Counted from the first letter of the stretch, positions 10,744 to 20,335 are shown. The stretch is 34,635 nt of DNA from Candidatus Micrarchaeota archaeon (GCA_043813365.1 JBDRLB010000044.1:1-34635), one strand, 5' to 3'. Numbers and translations are program-made. Notes: generated by a model not told the origin, from the letters alone.

Positions 10744-10836
10744 TTTTTCCCCACTAGCAGCTTTACCGGAAGAAATTATTAAAGGTTGGGGATGGGATTT
10801 GTTAGAATAGGGAATGCGGCAGTGTACTTATTCCCC

Positions 10837-12729
10837 TCATGCACCAACATCTTCTAGATTTTCAGTCAAAGCCAAACAAGCTGGCTCGTCAGACCCTATA
10901 GTTTCAATAACTTCCGTGCCTAAGCAGTGATAGTCGTGCAAAATATCATTTACACAGTAGTCGGTAAATGAACCCGTCGAATTGTAGACGGTATATCCAG
11001 AATCAGGTGTGCCGCAATAAGATGCAGTGCAGGCGCCGTTAGAGCAGGAGGTGCACTGGATTCCGAACGACCGGTTGACAGATGAAATACAGTAATTCTC
11101 CATAACCCAAATGCCATTGATACAATAATCGGATGCCGAGCCCAGGGAAGTGATGACGGTGCCGGAAACGTTTGCAAAAATGCCGCCATCCGTATCAAAG
11201 CAGCTTTGGGTGGAGAAGGTGTAGTCTGAAGAGGTATTGCATGCGCCCAAAGCGCTGCAGCTTGCTACCCTATAATGGTAAAGCGTTCCTATAGCAAGCG
11301 GGCCGATCTCGAACGCATGCGAATACTGGTTCGCAATGTTGTTTAAAATGCTCCCATAAGCTACGGTTGGGCCGTATTGGATGGAGCTGTTTGAGGAAAC
11401 CGAAGTGATCCAGGAAATGACTGCAGAACTTATTGCTATTGAAGAGGCATTTACAGCCGTAATAATTACAGGCGCAGGCAAAGTTTTGAATGTCCTGATA
11501 TCGGATGATGCGCATGTAGCGCCATTGCAGCTTGTGATCCGGTAATAGTAGTCCGTGAATTGCGACAGGCCTGGCAGGAGCAGGTTGTGGTTGGTTATTT
11601 CGTTTGAATGGGAAACGTTCATTGTGATCGGTGTTTCGCCGCCGCCTCCACCTGCGAAGGAAATGCTTTTTCTGCTTATCAAATCCGAGAAGGAAATAAC
11701 TTTCAGGGGTTCAAGCTCCGCTCCTCCGCCTCCCAGCAAGGGATCGGTGCCGTATGTTACTAAGCCATTTGCTGGCACATCAGTAAGCCAGCTCACATTT
11801 GCAGAGGAGTAGGAGATGTTGTGGGCAAGGATGTTTGAAATTACAATCACAGTAGGGGTGGGGGTTGGGGAAGGGGACGTAGAGGGGGAAGGCGTAGGGC
11901 TCGGGGAAGGAGAGGGAGTCGCAATGGGGGAAGGTGTTGGTGAGGGGGTCAGTGAAGGGCTGGGAATTGGCGAGGGGCTGGGGAACGGGGTTGGCAACGA
12001 TCCAGAAGGAATCGGGCCGCTTTGGTATTTTGCGCGCACATTGTCATATGCGGTGCTTGCAAGGTTCTGCTCCAATGAGAGCATGCCGTTCTTCCAGGGA
12101 GTAGGGTCGTTGAATGAGAGCTTTTCTGAATCGTCATAGAAGCACTGGATATCATTGCCGTTCAGGCGTATTGCAATGGAATGGACGCTGTTGTCAGCTG
12201 AAAAAGGGGAGGAAGATGCGAGAATATCGGGAGTGCCCTGCCATTCAAAGAAGCGATAGAGCCGGATGAAGCCCTCTCCGGTGAGGGGATACGTGAGGTA
12301 GAAAAGGCAGGAGTACCTTGCACCGGTTAGTTTGTTTACCCTTCCCGAAATCCCTCCCAAAATGCCTGCTGTTGCAGGGATGGTTTTGAACTGGATTTTT
12401 GTTTCGGCGTAGTAATTCTGCCAGCCTGAAACCCCTGCGTAGGAGGTTTTTTCAGCTGGTGCAGGGTCGGTTTGCTCATATTGCTGGTTGAGCACTATCC
12501 ACTCCCCATAAGGATGGGTCCATCTTTCCGTGTTTCCTGAATCAAAATTATCGTAGAAGAGGGAATATTCGCCTACCTTGATGAATTCCTTGAGGTCTTC
12601 TTCGGTCTGGGATGTTTGCTTGCCAATGATGTTTCCCTGCAATAAAGAATAAACAAGAACAACGAAAATTATTACGCCGATTATTAGGAAAAGGTATTCG
12701 GTTGTTGTCTGGCCCCTTCTCAACATCAT
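10837..12729 (-). CDS. Class III signal peptide (type IV pilin-like) surface protein: ConA/DUF1080-like domain, PS/PT linker, 2 FN3-like domains, Cys-rich CxDTDGG tip
   Basis: RRG|QTTTEYLFLIIGVII; LFYDNFD...YDNVRA; repeats with A.(V/I).W.T...YG.T...H...L....YxYR; CFDTDGG. Confidence 0.85.
   Translation of the reverse strand: MMLRRGQTTTEYLFLIIGVIIFVVLVYSLLQGNIIGKQTSQTEEDLKEFIKVGEYSLFYDNFDSGNTERWTHPYGEWIVLNQQYEQTDPAPAEKTSYAGVSGWQNYYAETKIQFKTIPATAGILGGISGRVNKLTGARYSCLFYLTYPLTGEGFIRLYRFFEWQGTPDILASSSPFSADNSVHSIAIRLNGNDIQCFYDDSEKLSFNDPTPWKNGMLSLEQNLASTAYDNVRAKYQSGPIPSGSLPTPFPSPSPIPSPSLTPSPTPSPIATPSPSPSPTPSPSTSPSPTPTPTVIVISNILAHNISYSSANVSWLTDVPANGLVTYGTDPLLGGGGAELEPLKVISFSDLISRKSISFAGGGGGETPITMNVSHSNEITNHNLLLPGLSQFTDYYYRITSCNGATCASSDIRTFKTLPAPVIITAVNASSIAISSAVISWITSVSSNSSIQYGPTVAYGSILNNIANQYSHAFEIGPLAIGTLYHYRVASCSALGACNTSSDYTFSTQSCFDTDGGIFANVSGTVITSLGSASDYCINGIWVMENYCISSVNRSFGIQCTSCSNGACTASYCGTPDSGYTVYNSTGSFTDYCVNDILHDYHCLGTEVIETIGSDEPACLALTENLEDVGA
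12007..12109. repeat. 103-bp exact direct repeat, copy 1 (copy 2 at 14662-14764)
   Basis: Base-by-base identity from AGGAATCGGGCC to GGGAGTAGGGTCG, inside the duplicated N-terminal regions. Confidence 0.9.
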
Positions 12730-12921
12730 TGTTCCATCCCAGTCTCGAAGCGCTAGAGGACAATCCGGCTTCTATTGGTTTACATTTTCTAAGGAACCAG
12801 TATTTTTAAAGGGCTCGAACCGCCTCGGATAAGGGAAAAGAATTTCATGGGATGCGCTCCTTGCAGTCAACAATTCGGGCTAACGCGTTCTCAGGCACAA
12901 GACTCATGTTGCATTGAAATA

Positions 12922-15387
12922 TCAGCCGCCTACCGCACAATTAAAGGGGTAGGAGAACAAGTACATTGTAAAGTCATAGCACCTATATTCATTCATTGTA
13001 TTAAGAGTGCAATAGTCGTAGAATTGGCCAGTAGCATTGATGGCATATGTTCCCATATCCACACAAAAAGTTGCACAACTGCCAGAGGAGCATAATTCGC
13101 ATTTGACGGCTACGGAGTAGTTGCTCTGATAGCACCAATTTTCCCGTAATGTTTGGCCATAGCACATATCAGTTATGCTTCCCAGCGAGGTAGTCACAGT
13201 GCCTGTTGTGCCGGGAACTATGCCCCCATCCGTATCATAGCAGCTGGGAGTGGAGAAAGTGTAGTCTCCGGAGGTAAGACAATCTATGTCGCAGCTTCTA
13301 ACCCTGTAATGGTAGGTGGAGCCAGGAATTAGGGGCGTGAGCCAACGCGAATGCGAAGTGGTGTGAATGAGTGAAGAGCTCGATTGGCCGTAAGCCGTTG
13401 TGGGTCCGTATTCCACGAAGGTGTCGGTGGCGATGTTGGTATTCCACGTGATTGTTGCTTGGGTGGCAGTAATGGAGCTTGCTACCACGTTGGAGATGGT
13501 GATGAGCTGCGGAATCCTGAACGTGCCATAGCCTGAGGAAGCGCAATTGCCAGTTGCATTGCAGCTTTCGACGCGGTACATGAAATTCGTATTCGGCCTC
13601 AGCGTTTCCAGTTCCACGGAATGCGCTAGCACCTTGCTGGAATCTGGCATAGTGCTGACTAAGCTCGTGTAGTTGTAATAAACGGTGGAGTTTGCGAGAA
13701 TGTTGGTATTCCAGGTTATTGTTGCGGTGGAAAATAATACAGAAGCATCAACATTAGAGATGATGACGGGAGTCAAAGTCTCCTGTGTTGTGAAAGTATA
13801 GTCGCCCGATACTTCACACGCATTCAAGCCGGTGCAGCTCCAAACGCGATAGTGGTAAAGCTTGTTGGGGGCAAGGGAGGTAAGGTTGACCTGGTGGCTT
13901 GAAACAGATGCTGAACTGCCATTTGTGCTTCCGTAGGATGTTGTGAGGCCGTATTGAACCGTGCTGTTTGCGGAGGGGTTCGTAGCCCAGTTGATTGATG
14001 CAGTTGCATCGGTTACTGCAAGCGCCCTCACATTTGAAATGTCGCACGCAAGTGTCTTGAATGCGTACCACGAGGTTGCATTCTTGCATAATTCGGTCGT
14101 GCAGCCGGATACCAAAAAGCTATACCAAGTATTGACCCAGAGGCCGTTCAGATTAAGGGAATGGCCGATAAGATAAGAAGCATGCGATATGGAATTGCTG
14201 GTCGAGGATGAGTTATACCGTATTGTGCCGTTGGTGCTGTTGCTAGTTGTCCATTGGATGCGCGCACTGTTCCGCGTAATGGTATTGTTGACGACGTTGG
14301 TTATGGTGAAGTCCGGCGCGCAGATGCCGTTCTCCGGGACGCATATTTTGCCCGAGGAGCAACCGCAGAAAGTGCAGTTGTATATGAGCGTCGGTATGTA
14401 TTCCGTCTCCTGCCAAATGGCCGCACAGTAAAGCGGCTTCTGGCCGGCTTTGCAAGTATCAACCGGCGTGCCCTCGGAGCAGTTCATTTCAGGAGGCACT
14501 GTGGGGCTTGCAGACGGGGAAGCGCTTGCTGAAGGGGAGGCTGAGGGAGAGGCTGAAGGCGACTCTGAAGGTGAAGCGGAAGGGCTTTCAGAGGGGGAGG
14601 CTGAAGGCGACTCTGAAGGCGATGCGGATGCACCTGGGAAAGGTGTTGGGAGAGGCCCGGCAGGAATCGGGCCGCTTTGGTATTTTGCGCGCACATTGTC
14701 ATATGCGGTGCTTGCAAGGTTCTGCTCCAATGAGAGCATGCCGTTCTTCCAGGGAGTAGGGTCGGTGAAGGAAACTTTTTCACCATCATCAAAGAAGCAT
14801 TGGACGTCGTTGCCGTTAAGGCGTATACCGAAAACATGGACGTTGTTGTCAGCTGCGAAAGGGGAGGAGGATGCGAGAATATCGGGAGTGCCCTGCCAGT
14901 CGAAGTAGCGATAGAGCCGGATGTAGCCCTCACCGGTGAGGGGATCCGTGAGGTCGAATAGGCAGGAGTACCTTGCTCCAGTTGCCTTGTTGACCCTTCC
15001 CGAAATCCCTCCAAGAATGCCTGCTGTTGCAGGGATGGTTTTGAACTGGATTTTTGTTTCGGCATAATAGTTCTGCCAGCCTGCAACTCCCGCATAGGAG
15101 GTTTTTTCAGCTGCGGCAAGATCCGTTTGCTCGTACTGCTGGTTCAGGACTATCCACTCGCCGTAAGGTCGAGTCCACCTTTCAGCTGTGCCGGAATCGA
15201 AATTATCGTAGAAGAGGGAATATTCCCCTGTTTTGATGAATTCTTTCAGGCCCGCTTCGGTTTGCGAGCGCTGCTTGCCGATGATGTTCCCTTGAAGCAG
15301 GGAATAGACTAGGACAACGAAAATGATTACGCCGATTATTAGGAAAAGGTATTCGGTTGTTGTCTGGCCCCTGGCTTTTACAACCAT
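12922..15387 (-). CDS. Class III signal peptide surface protein, paralog with 4 FN3-like domains
   Basis: ARG|QTTTEYL; the same lectin-like domain; (SPSE/SPSA)n linker; Cys module CSEGTPVDTC; four FN3-like repeats; CYDTDGG tip. Confidence 0.85.
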   Translation of the reverse strand: MVVKARGQTTTEYLFLIIGVIIFVVLVYSLLQGNIIGKQRSQTEAGLKEFIKTGEYSLFYDNFDSGTAERWTRPYGEWIVLNQQYEQTDLAAAEKTSYAGVAGWQNYYAETKIQFKTIPATAGILGGISGRVNKATGARYSCLFDLTDPLTGEGYIRLYRYFDWQGTPDILASSSPFAADNNVHVFGIRLNGNDVQCFFDDGEKVSFTDPTPWKNGMLSLEQNLASTAYDNVRAKYQSGPIPAGPLPTPFPGASASPSESPSASPSESPSASPSESPSASPSASPSASASPSASPTVPPEMNCSEGTPVDTCKAGQKPLYCAAIWQETEYIPTLIYNCTFCGCSSGKICVPENGICAPDFTITNVVNNTITRNSARIQWTTSNSTNGTIRYNSSSTSNSISHASYLIGHSLNLNGLWVNTWYSFLVSGCTTELCKNATSWYAFKTLACDISNVRALAVTDATASINWATNPSANSTVQYGLTTSYGSTNGSSASVSSHQVNLTSLAPNKLYHYRVWSCTGLNACEVSGDYTFTTQETLTPVIISNVDASVLFSTATITWNTNILANSTVYYNYTSLVSTMPDSSKVLAHSVELETLRPNTNFMYRVESCNATGNCASSGYGTFRIPQLITISNVVASSITATQATITWNTNIATDTFVEYGPTTAYGQSSSSLIHTTSHSRWLTPLIPGSTYHYRVRSCDIDCLTSGDYTFSTPSCYDTDGGIVPGTTGTVTTSLGSITDMCYGQTLRENWCYQSNYSVAVKCELCSSGSCATFCVDMGTYAINATGQFYDYCTLNTMNEYRCYDFTMYLFSYPFNCAVGG
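14662..14764. repeat. 103-bp exact direct repeat, copy 2
   Basis: Identical to 12007-12109. Confidence 0.9.
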
Positions 15388-15396
15388 TCGATATTA

Positions 15397-16065
15397 TCAC
15401 TCCTCCGAATATACCCTGACATCGTCGAATTGTGCCTGTGTACCCGCATCCGCATACAACCCGATCTGGCCGCTAAGCAGTGGCGCGGGATCGATAGTGT
15501 CGATCAGCAGGTTTCCATTCACAAAAACCTGGATTATATCGCCATATGCGCGGATGCTGAAACGGACCTCGCTTGATGCGACCGCAGCAATTGCCGCATC
15601 AGATGCCGATTGGAAAACCCCGTTGCCAGTCAACGTCATTTGGGAGATGCCAGGATTGACCTCGAGCTGATAATAAGAGGTTCCCCGTCGCCTGAAGCGC
15701 ACGCCCAATGTTGTTCCCGCTGTCCTTTGCGCCTTGAATTCCATAGTGAAATTGGTGAAAACGGAGCGGGTGTAAATCGAAGCATCTACTACTGCAGGAA
15801 CAACTAATTTCCCATTCTGGATAAGCCAGACGCCTCCAGTATTATTCCATTTGGAGTTTGTGCCGCCGATACTCCCAAAATCATCGAAGAATAGGTAGGG
15901 CCTGCCGTATTTGTCGAGGTAATCCCCGGATTTCTGCTCAACATCAGTAGTCGCCCTGGCAATTACCCCGGAGCGGATTATCAGCACAACAAGAACGACG
16001 AAGAGGATGGCGCCGCCTACGATCATCACGTATTCAATTGCGGTCTGGCCACGCCTTGCTTCCAT
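15397..16065 (-). CDS. Class III signal peptide protein with a single ConA/DUF1080-like domain
   Basis: RRG|QTAIEYVMIVGGAIL; LFFDDFG...W.IQNG.L...GQIGLY...FDDVRV. Confidence 0.85.
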   Translation of the reverse strand: MEARRGQTAIEYVMIVGGAILFVVLVVLIIRSGVIARATTDVEQKSGDYLDKYGRPYLFFDDFGSIGGTNSKWNNTGGVWLIQNGKLVVPAVVDASIYTRSVFTNFTMEFKAQRTAGTTLGVRFRRRGTSYYQLEVNPGISQMTLTGNGVFQSASDAAIAAVASSEVRFSIRAYGDIIQVFVNGNLLIDTIDPAPLLSGQIGLYADAGTQAQFDDVRVYSEE

Positions 16066-16662
16066 TTATTTCACCATTCCCGTGAAGAGCTCGGATAACT
16101 TTGCGATCTCCCCCTTATTATCATCGATGGACCCGGTATTGTCAAATTGTTTCAGGTCGCACGCGTAACGCATGGAAATGTGCACGGCAGCCATGCGCTC
16201 GAATTCAATTGCGGCAGCTACTTCCTCAACTGTGCCGATTTCCCTTTTCCTTCCTAGTTTTTCAAGGTCCATCTGCCTCCTTGTGATTATTGCAGCCGGG
16301 GACGCCTCAACGAGCAATATCATGTTGGGCTTCAGCAGATCGGAAACCGAATCGGGAGAGCCCGGCAGATAGGTGTGGTGGGGGATTGTATAAATGAAGC
16401 CGTGTGTATTCAGGAAAACAAAATCCTCCTTGTCGGCCATCTCGCGTATCCTTTCGGTAGCTGCCTGCCGGATCTCGTTCTGCTGCTTGCTTTGGAGCTT
16501 CGCAATTTGCTCCCGGTCCGTTATGAGCCCTTTCTCCTTCCCTATCTCCAGCATTATGTCGCCATATGAGATCTCATGGATTTTGCCATCCAAATGGTTG
16601 TTCAGCTCGGCAGTGAGCTTGCTTTTCCCAACGGCTTTGACTCCCAAAAGGAAAACTAGCAT
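16066..16662 (-). CDS. adkA: Archaeal-type adenylate kinase
   Basis: GVKAVGKS P-loop, SYGDIMLE...DREQIAKL, NTH, YLPG, IITRRQMD. ATG at 16662. Confidence 0.85.
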   Translation of the reverse strand: MLVFLLGVKAVGKSKLTAELNNHLDGKIHEISYGDIMLEIGKEKGLITDREQIAKLQSKQQNEIRQAATERIREMADKEDFVFLNTHGFIYTIPHHTYLPGSPDSVSDLLKPNMILLVEASPAAIITRRQMDLEKLGRKREIGTVEEVAAAIEFERMAAVHISMRYACDLKQFDNTGSIDDNKGEIAKLSELFTGMVK

Positions 16663-16842
16663 GGTTGCACCACATTCATTAAAAACGGCTGAAAAAGTTA
16701 CTGATGCGTTTATTATAAATCTTGCCTTCCTAAAATTGGGGTTCGGACAGCGCAAATCCTATTTTTCCCCTTGAAAAACCTTGCTTCCTAAGAGGGGGGA
16801 GCGAATACTTTTTTCAAGGGGGGATATGCCCCCCGACGAAAA

Positions 16843-16917
16843 GGGCTCGTAGCTCAGCTTGGCTAGAGCGTCTGGCTTTTAACCAGAAGGCCGTGGGTCC
16901 AAATCCCGCCGAGCCCG
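16843..16917 (+). tRNA. tRNA-Lys(UUU), no intron, CCA not encoded
   Basis: Acceptor GGGCTCG/CGAGCCC, D-arm GCTC/GAGC, anticodon arm TCTGG-CTTTTAA-CCAGA, T-arm GTGGG-TCCAAAT-CCCGC. Confidence 0.95.
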
Positions 16918-16927
16918 TATCTGCGAC

Positions 16928-17025
16928 GGGGGAGAGTGCTCCCCCTTCACGGTTTGAAACAACGGATCTCCCAGGGGGCAGGATTTGTTTCGAACCGTGT
17001 GACCAGATTGGTCGTTCCCCCTCCG
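16928..17025 (+). other. Multi-hairpin structured sequence right after the tRNA (candidate ncRNA or structured trailer)
   Basis: Hairpin GGGGGAG/CTCCCCC (16928-16945); 15-bp stem 16948-16962/16985-16999 with one G-U; hairpin GACCA/TGGTC (17001-17013). Confidence 0.45.
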
Positions 17026-17038
17026 AGTTGTGATTGAA

Positions 17039-17419
17039 ATGAGAGTTTTGCTGGACACGAACTTCTTGATGCTGCCGTTCCAGAACCATCTGGACGTGTT
17101 CGAGGAGATTGGGAAGCTGCTGGAGGCGAACGTGCATTTCATCGTGCTTGCGGGATCGCTGCAGGAGCTGAAGTCAATGAAGGGCAAGGAGAGGCTGAAC
17201 GCGAGGGCGATGCTGCAGTTCGTTGCGATGCAGAGCGAGAAATTTGAAATAATCAATGTGCAGGGGAAGACGGACGACCTGATAATGGAATATGCGAAGG
17301 CGCACAAGGAGGAGGGGCTTTACATTGCAACGATGGATAAGTTCCTGCGCGACAAGTTGAGGAGGAACGGCTGCAGGGTAATTGGTATGAAGGACAAGGG
17401 GCGGGTTGCTATTTTGTAG
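17039..17419 (+). CDS. PIN-domain protein (Fcf1/Utp24-like)
   Basis: VLLDTNFLMLP, TDDLI, IATMDKFLR; usual position upstream of rpoE'. Confidence 0.88.
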   Translation: MRVLLDTNFLMLPFQNHLDVFEEIGKLLEANVHFIVLAGSLQELKSMKGKERLNARAMLQFVAMQSEKFEIINVQGKTDDLIMEYAKAHKEEGLYIATMDKFLRDKLRRNGCRVIGMKDKGRVAIL

Positions 17420-17534
17420 GCGATTTGGGAGGTGTTGGGTGGGTGATTATAAAGGTTTTCCCATCTAATAATAGCCTCTATTTCTCCTATCCAACGAGTG
17501 TTATTTTGAAATATATGTGCGGGTGGATGAATAT

Positions 17535-19577
17535 ATGGCTTTGGAGGTTTTCGGCGTCATTGCAGGCTTGGTCAGCATGGTGTATGCGTATTATGTCGTG
17601 CGCATTATACTGGAAAAGGACGAAGGCACTCCGAAAATGAGGGAAATTGCAGCCGCGATTTCAGCAGGCGCATTCGCCTACCTGAGCAGGCAGCTTAAAA
17701 CAATCGCACTTTTCGCGGTATTGCTCGCTGCGGTCATGGGCTATTTTATTTCGACTACGAAGGGAAATGATATTGGGATGTACACCGCAATTGCATTCCT
17801 GTTCGGTGCAGCGCTCTCATATCTCGCAGGCTATATCGGGATGAGCATTTCAGTGAGGGCAAACGTGCGCACTAGCCAGATGGCAAAGAAGGGGCTTAAG
17901 GATGCGCTTGACATTGCTTTCAAGGGAGGCTCCGTTACCGGCTTTTCAGTTGTAGGATTGGGCATTATCGGAGTCGGGCTGATTACGATTTTCGTTTACC
18001 TCCCGTCAAAGGAAGTGTTTCCGCTGATTGGTTTCGGAGTGGGCGCTTCGCTGATTTCACTTTTCGCAAGGGTCGGCGGCGGGATTTATACCAAAGCAGC
18101 GGATGTGGGGGCCGATTTGGTGGGAAAAATAGAGAAGGGGATTCCCGAGGACGACCCAAGGAACCCTGCTGTGATTGCCGATAATGTAGGCGATAATGTA
18201 GGGGACTGCGCAGGAATGGGAGCTGACCTTTTCGAATCTTTCGTTGTCACGATAATAGCGGCTATGCTTCTTGGGATTTCATTGCAGAACGACCTGCTGG
18301 TGATGCTGCCCTTGATGGTCGGGGGTTTGGGAATACTTGCATCCATAATCGGCGCGCAGTTCGTGAAATTGGGGGAGAGCAGGAAAATCATGGCCGCCTT
18401 GGATAAGGGCACATATGCAACTGCGATAATTTTTGCAGGGGCGCTGCTCATTGCATTCGATTTCCTGCAGGTAATGGTGTTATGGCCGGCTGCGCTTGTG
18501 GGGCTTGCATTGACAATAGCAATCAGCAAAATAACGGAGCATTACACCGTAAAGGAAGGGAATGCCGTGAAGCAGATTGCAGAAGCGAGCAGGACCGGTG
18601 CGGGGACGAACCTGATTACCGGAATGGCAGTCGGGATGAGGAGCACTGCGATGCCCGTGATTGCGATAATTGCAGGGATCATGATCGCTTTCTTTTTCTC
18701 CGGGGGGTCCGCTTCGGCTGCCATGGGGATTTATGGGATTGCAATTGCCGCAACTGCAATGCTTGCGATGACCGGCATCATTGTTGCGATCGACTCATAC
18801 GGCCCGATTACGGACAATGCGGGAGGGATCGCAGAGATGGCCGGGCTGGATCGGTCCGTCCGCAAAGTTACGGATGCACTTGATGCTGTTGGGAATACAA
18901 CAAAAGCAACCACCAAGGGATTCGCGATTGCATCCGCTGCGCTTTCGGCGCTCTGCTTGTTTGTCGCATATTCCTACGAAGTCGGTTTGAAGGACATCAA
19001 CATACTTAATCCGTTGGTCGTTGTGGGGCTGTTCATCGGAGGCTTGTTGCCGTTCATATTCTCTTCCTTCCTGATGCAGGCCGTTGGAAGGGCGGCATTT
19101 GCGATGGTGGAGGAGGTAAGGAGGCAGTTCAGGAGCATAAAGGGAATCATGGAAGGGAAGGCGAAGCCGGATTATGCGAAATGCGTTGACATTGCAACCC
19201 AGGGCGCATTGAAGCAGCTGATGCTTCCGGCAATGCTTGCTGTTTTTTCCCCGCTGGTCGTTGGGCTCCTTTTAGGTACCGAGGCGCTCGGGGGGATGCT
19301 TGCAGGCGCGATCGTATCCGGTTTGCTGCTAGCGCTTTTCATGGCGAATACGGGAGCGGCTTGGGACAATGCCAAGAAATACATCGAGGATGGGAAATTC
19401 GGGGGCAAGGGAAGCGACGCGCACAAGGCGGCAGTTGTCGGGGATATGGTGGGGGACCCGTTCAAGGACACTGCGGGCCCGGCATTGAATGCGCTGATCA
19501 AGGTGCTGAACACGGTTTCCCTGATTGCAGGAGCTATTATTGCGCAATACGCGCTGAAACTGAGTGTAGGTGCATGA
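17535..19577 (+). CDS. hppA: Membrane-bound H+-translocating pyrophosphatase, K+-independent signature
   Basis: GGGIYTKAADVGADLVGKIE, DNVGDNVGD, GNTTKA (Lys at the K+-determining site), GDMVGDPFKDT. Confidence 0.96.
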   Translation: MALEVFGVIAGLVSMVYAYYVVRIILEKDEGTPKMREIAAAISAGAFAYLSRQLKTIALFAVLLAAVMGYFISTTKGNDIGMYTAIAFLFGAALSYLAGYIGMSISVRANVRTSQMAKKGLKDALDIAFKGGSVTGFSVVGLGIIGVGLITIFVYLPSKEVFPLIGFGVGASLISLFARVGGGIYTKAADVGADLVGKIEKGIPEDDPRNPAVIADNVGDNVGDCAGMGADLFESFVVTIIAAMLLGISLQNDLLVMLPLMVGGLGILASIIGAQFVKLGESRKIMAALDKGTYATAIIFAGALLIAFDFLQVMVLWPAALVGLALTIAISKITEHYTVKEGNAVKQIAEASRTGAGTNLITGMAVGMRSTAMPVIAIIAGIMIAFFFSGGSASAAMGIYGIAIAATAMLAMTGIIVAIDSYGPITDNAGGIAEMAGLDRSVRKVTDALDAVGNTTKATTKGFAIASAALSALCLFVAYSYEVGLKDINILNPLVVVGLFIGGLLPFIFSSFLMQAVGRAAFAMVEEVRRQFRSIKGIMEGKAKPDYAKCVDIATQGALKQLMLPAMLAVFSPLVVGLLLGTEALGGMLAGAIVSGLLLALFMANTGAAWDNAKKYIEDGKFGGKGSDAHKAAVVGDMVGDPFKDTAGPALNALIKVLNTVSLIAGAIIAQYALKLSVGA

Positions 19578-19581
19578 GCAT

Positions 19582-20109
19582 ATGTACAAATTGATAACAT
19601 ACGAGGATTCCGTAAGGATTCCGCCGAACCTCTTCGGCATGAAGCAGAACGAGGCCGCATTGAAGATGCTGCGCGAGAAGTACGAGAGGACGGTTGACAA
19701 GAATTTCGGGATCAACCTCGGCGTATTCAACGCGAAAGTGAAGGGCGACGGCAAGATCCTGCATGGTGACGGTGCGGCATATTTTGAAGTGAATTACGAT
19801 TCGCTTGTTTTTTCGCTGGATGTGAACGAGGTCGTTGAGGGGGAGGTGTCCGAAATAGTGGAGTTCGGTGCATTCGTGAGGCTTGGGCCGCTGGACGGGC
19901 TGGTGCACGTTTCCCAGGTGGCGAACGAGTTCCTTTCCTATGACAAGAAGAACCAGTATTTGATTGGGAAGAACAGCAAGAAGACGATAAAGAAGGCGGA
20001 CCTAGTAAGGGCGAAGATCGCGACGGTTTCCTTCAAGGACACGATACCGAACTCGAAAATTGCATTGACCATGAGGCCGGATGGCCTTGGGAAAATAAGC
20101 AAGAGATGA
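19582..20109 (+). CDS. rpoE1: DNA-directed RNA polymerase subunit E' (Rpo7)
   Basis: DSVRIPPNLFG, GDGAAY, EVVEGEV..IVEFGAFVRLGPLDGLVHVSQV, LTMRPDGLGK. Confidence 0.96.
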   Translation: MYKLITYEDSVRIPPNLFGMKQNEAALKMLREKYERTVDKNFGINLGVFNAKVKGDGKILHGDGAAYFEVNYDSLVFSLDVNEVVEGEVSEIVEFGAFVRLGPLDGLVHVSQVANEFLSYDKKNQYLIGKNSKKTIKKADLVRAKIATVSFKDTIPNSKIALTMRPDGLGKISKR

Positions 20110-20152
20110 CTTGCCCCTTTATTTTGAAAACAAATTGATGAAGTGATATCAT

Positions 20153-20335
20153 ATGAACAAGGCGTGCAGGAATTGCAGGGCATTGGTTGTGGGGGACAAA
20201 TGCGCGGTCTGCGGCGGGGCGGACCTTACGAAGAGCTTCGAGGGCACCATTTACGTGCTCGACCCTACGGATTCGGAGATTTCGAATGTGATCGGTGCGA
20301 AGACGCCGGGCAAGTATGCATTGAAAATAAAATGA
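20153..20335 (+). CDS. spt4: Transcription elongation factor Spt4 (RpoE'')
   Basis: KACRNC...CAVCG Zn ribbon, DPTDSEI, PGKYALKI. Confidence 0.95.
   Translation: MNKACRNCRALVVGDKCAVCGGADLTKSFEGTIYVLDPTDSEISNVIGAKTPGKYALKIK

Noticed and set aside
14500..14635. Ser/Pro tandem repeat as a contingency locus
   Set aside because: The codons are degenerate between units, as in an ordinary low-complexity linker, not a slippage-prone perfect repeat.
10837..15387. Diversity-generating retroelement template/variable repeat pair
   Set aside because: Both copies are coding N-terminal regions, the differences do not appear adenine-specific, and there is no reverse transcriptase in the window.
16843..16917. 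tRNA used as an integration site (attL/attR)
   Set aside because: No duplicate of the tRNA 3' end and no integrase seen in the window.
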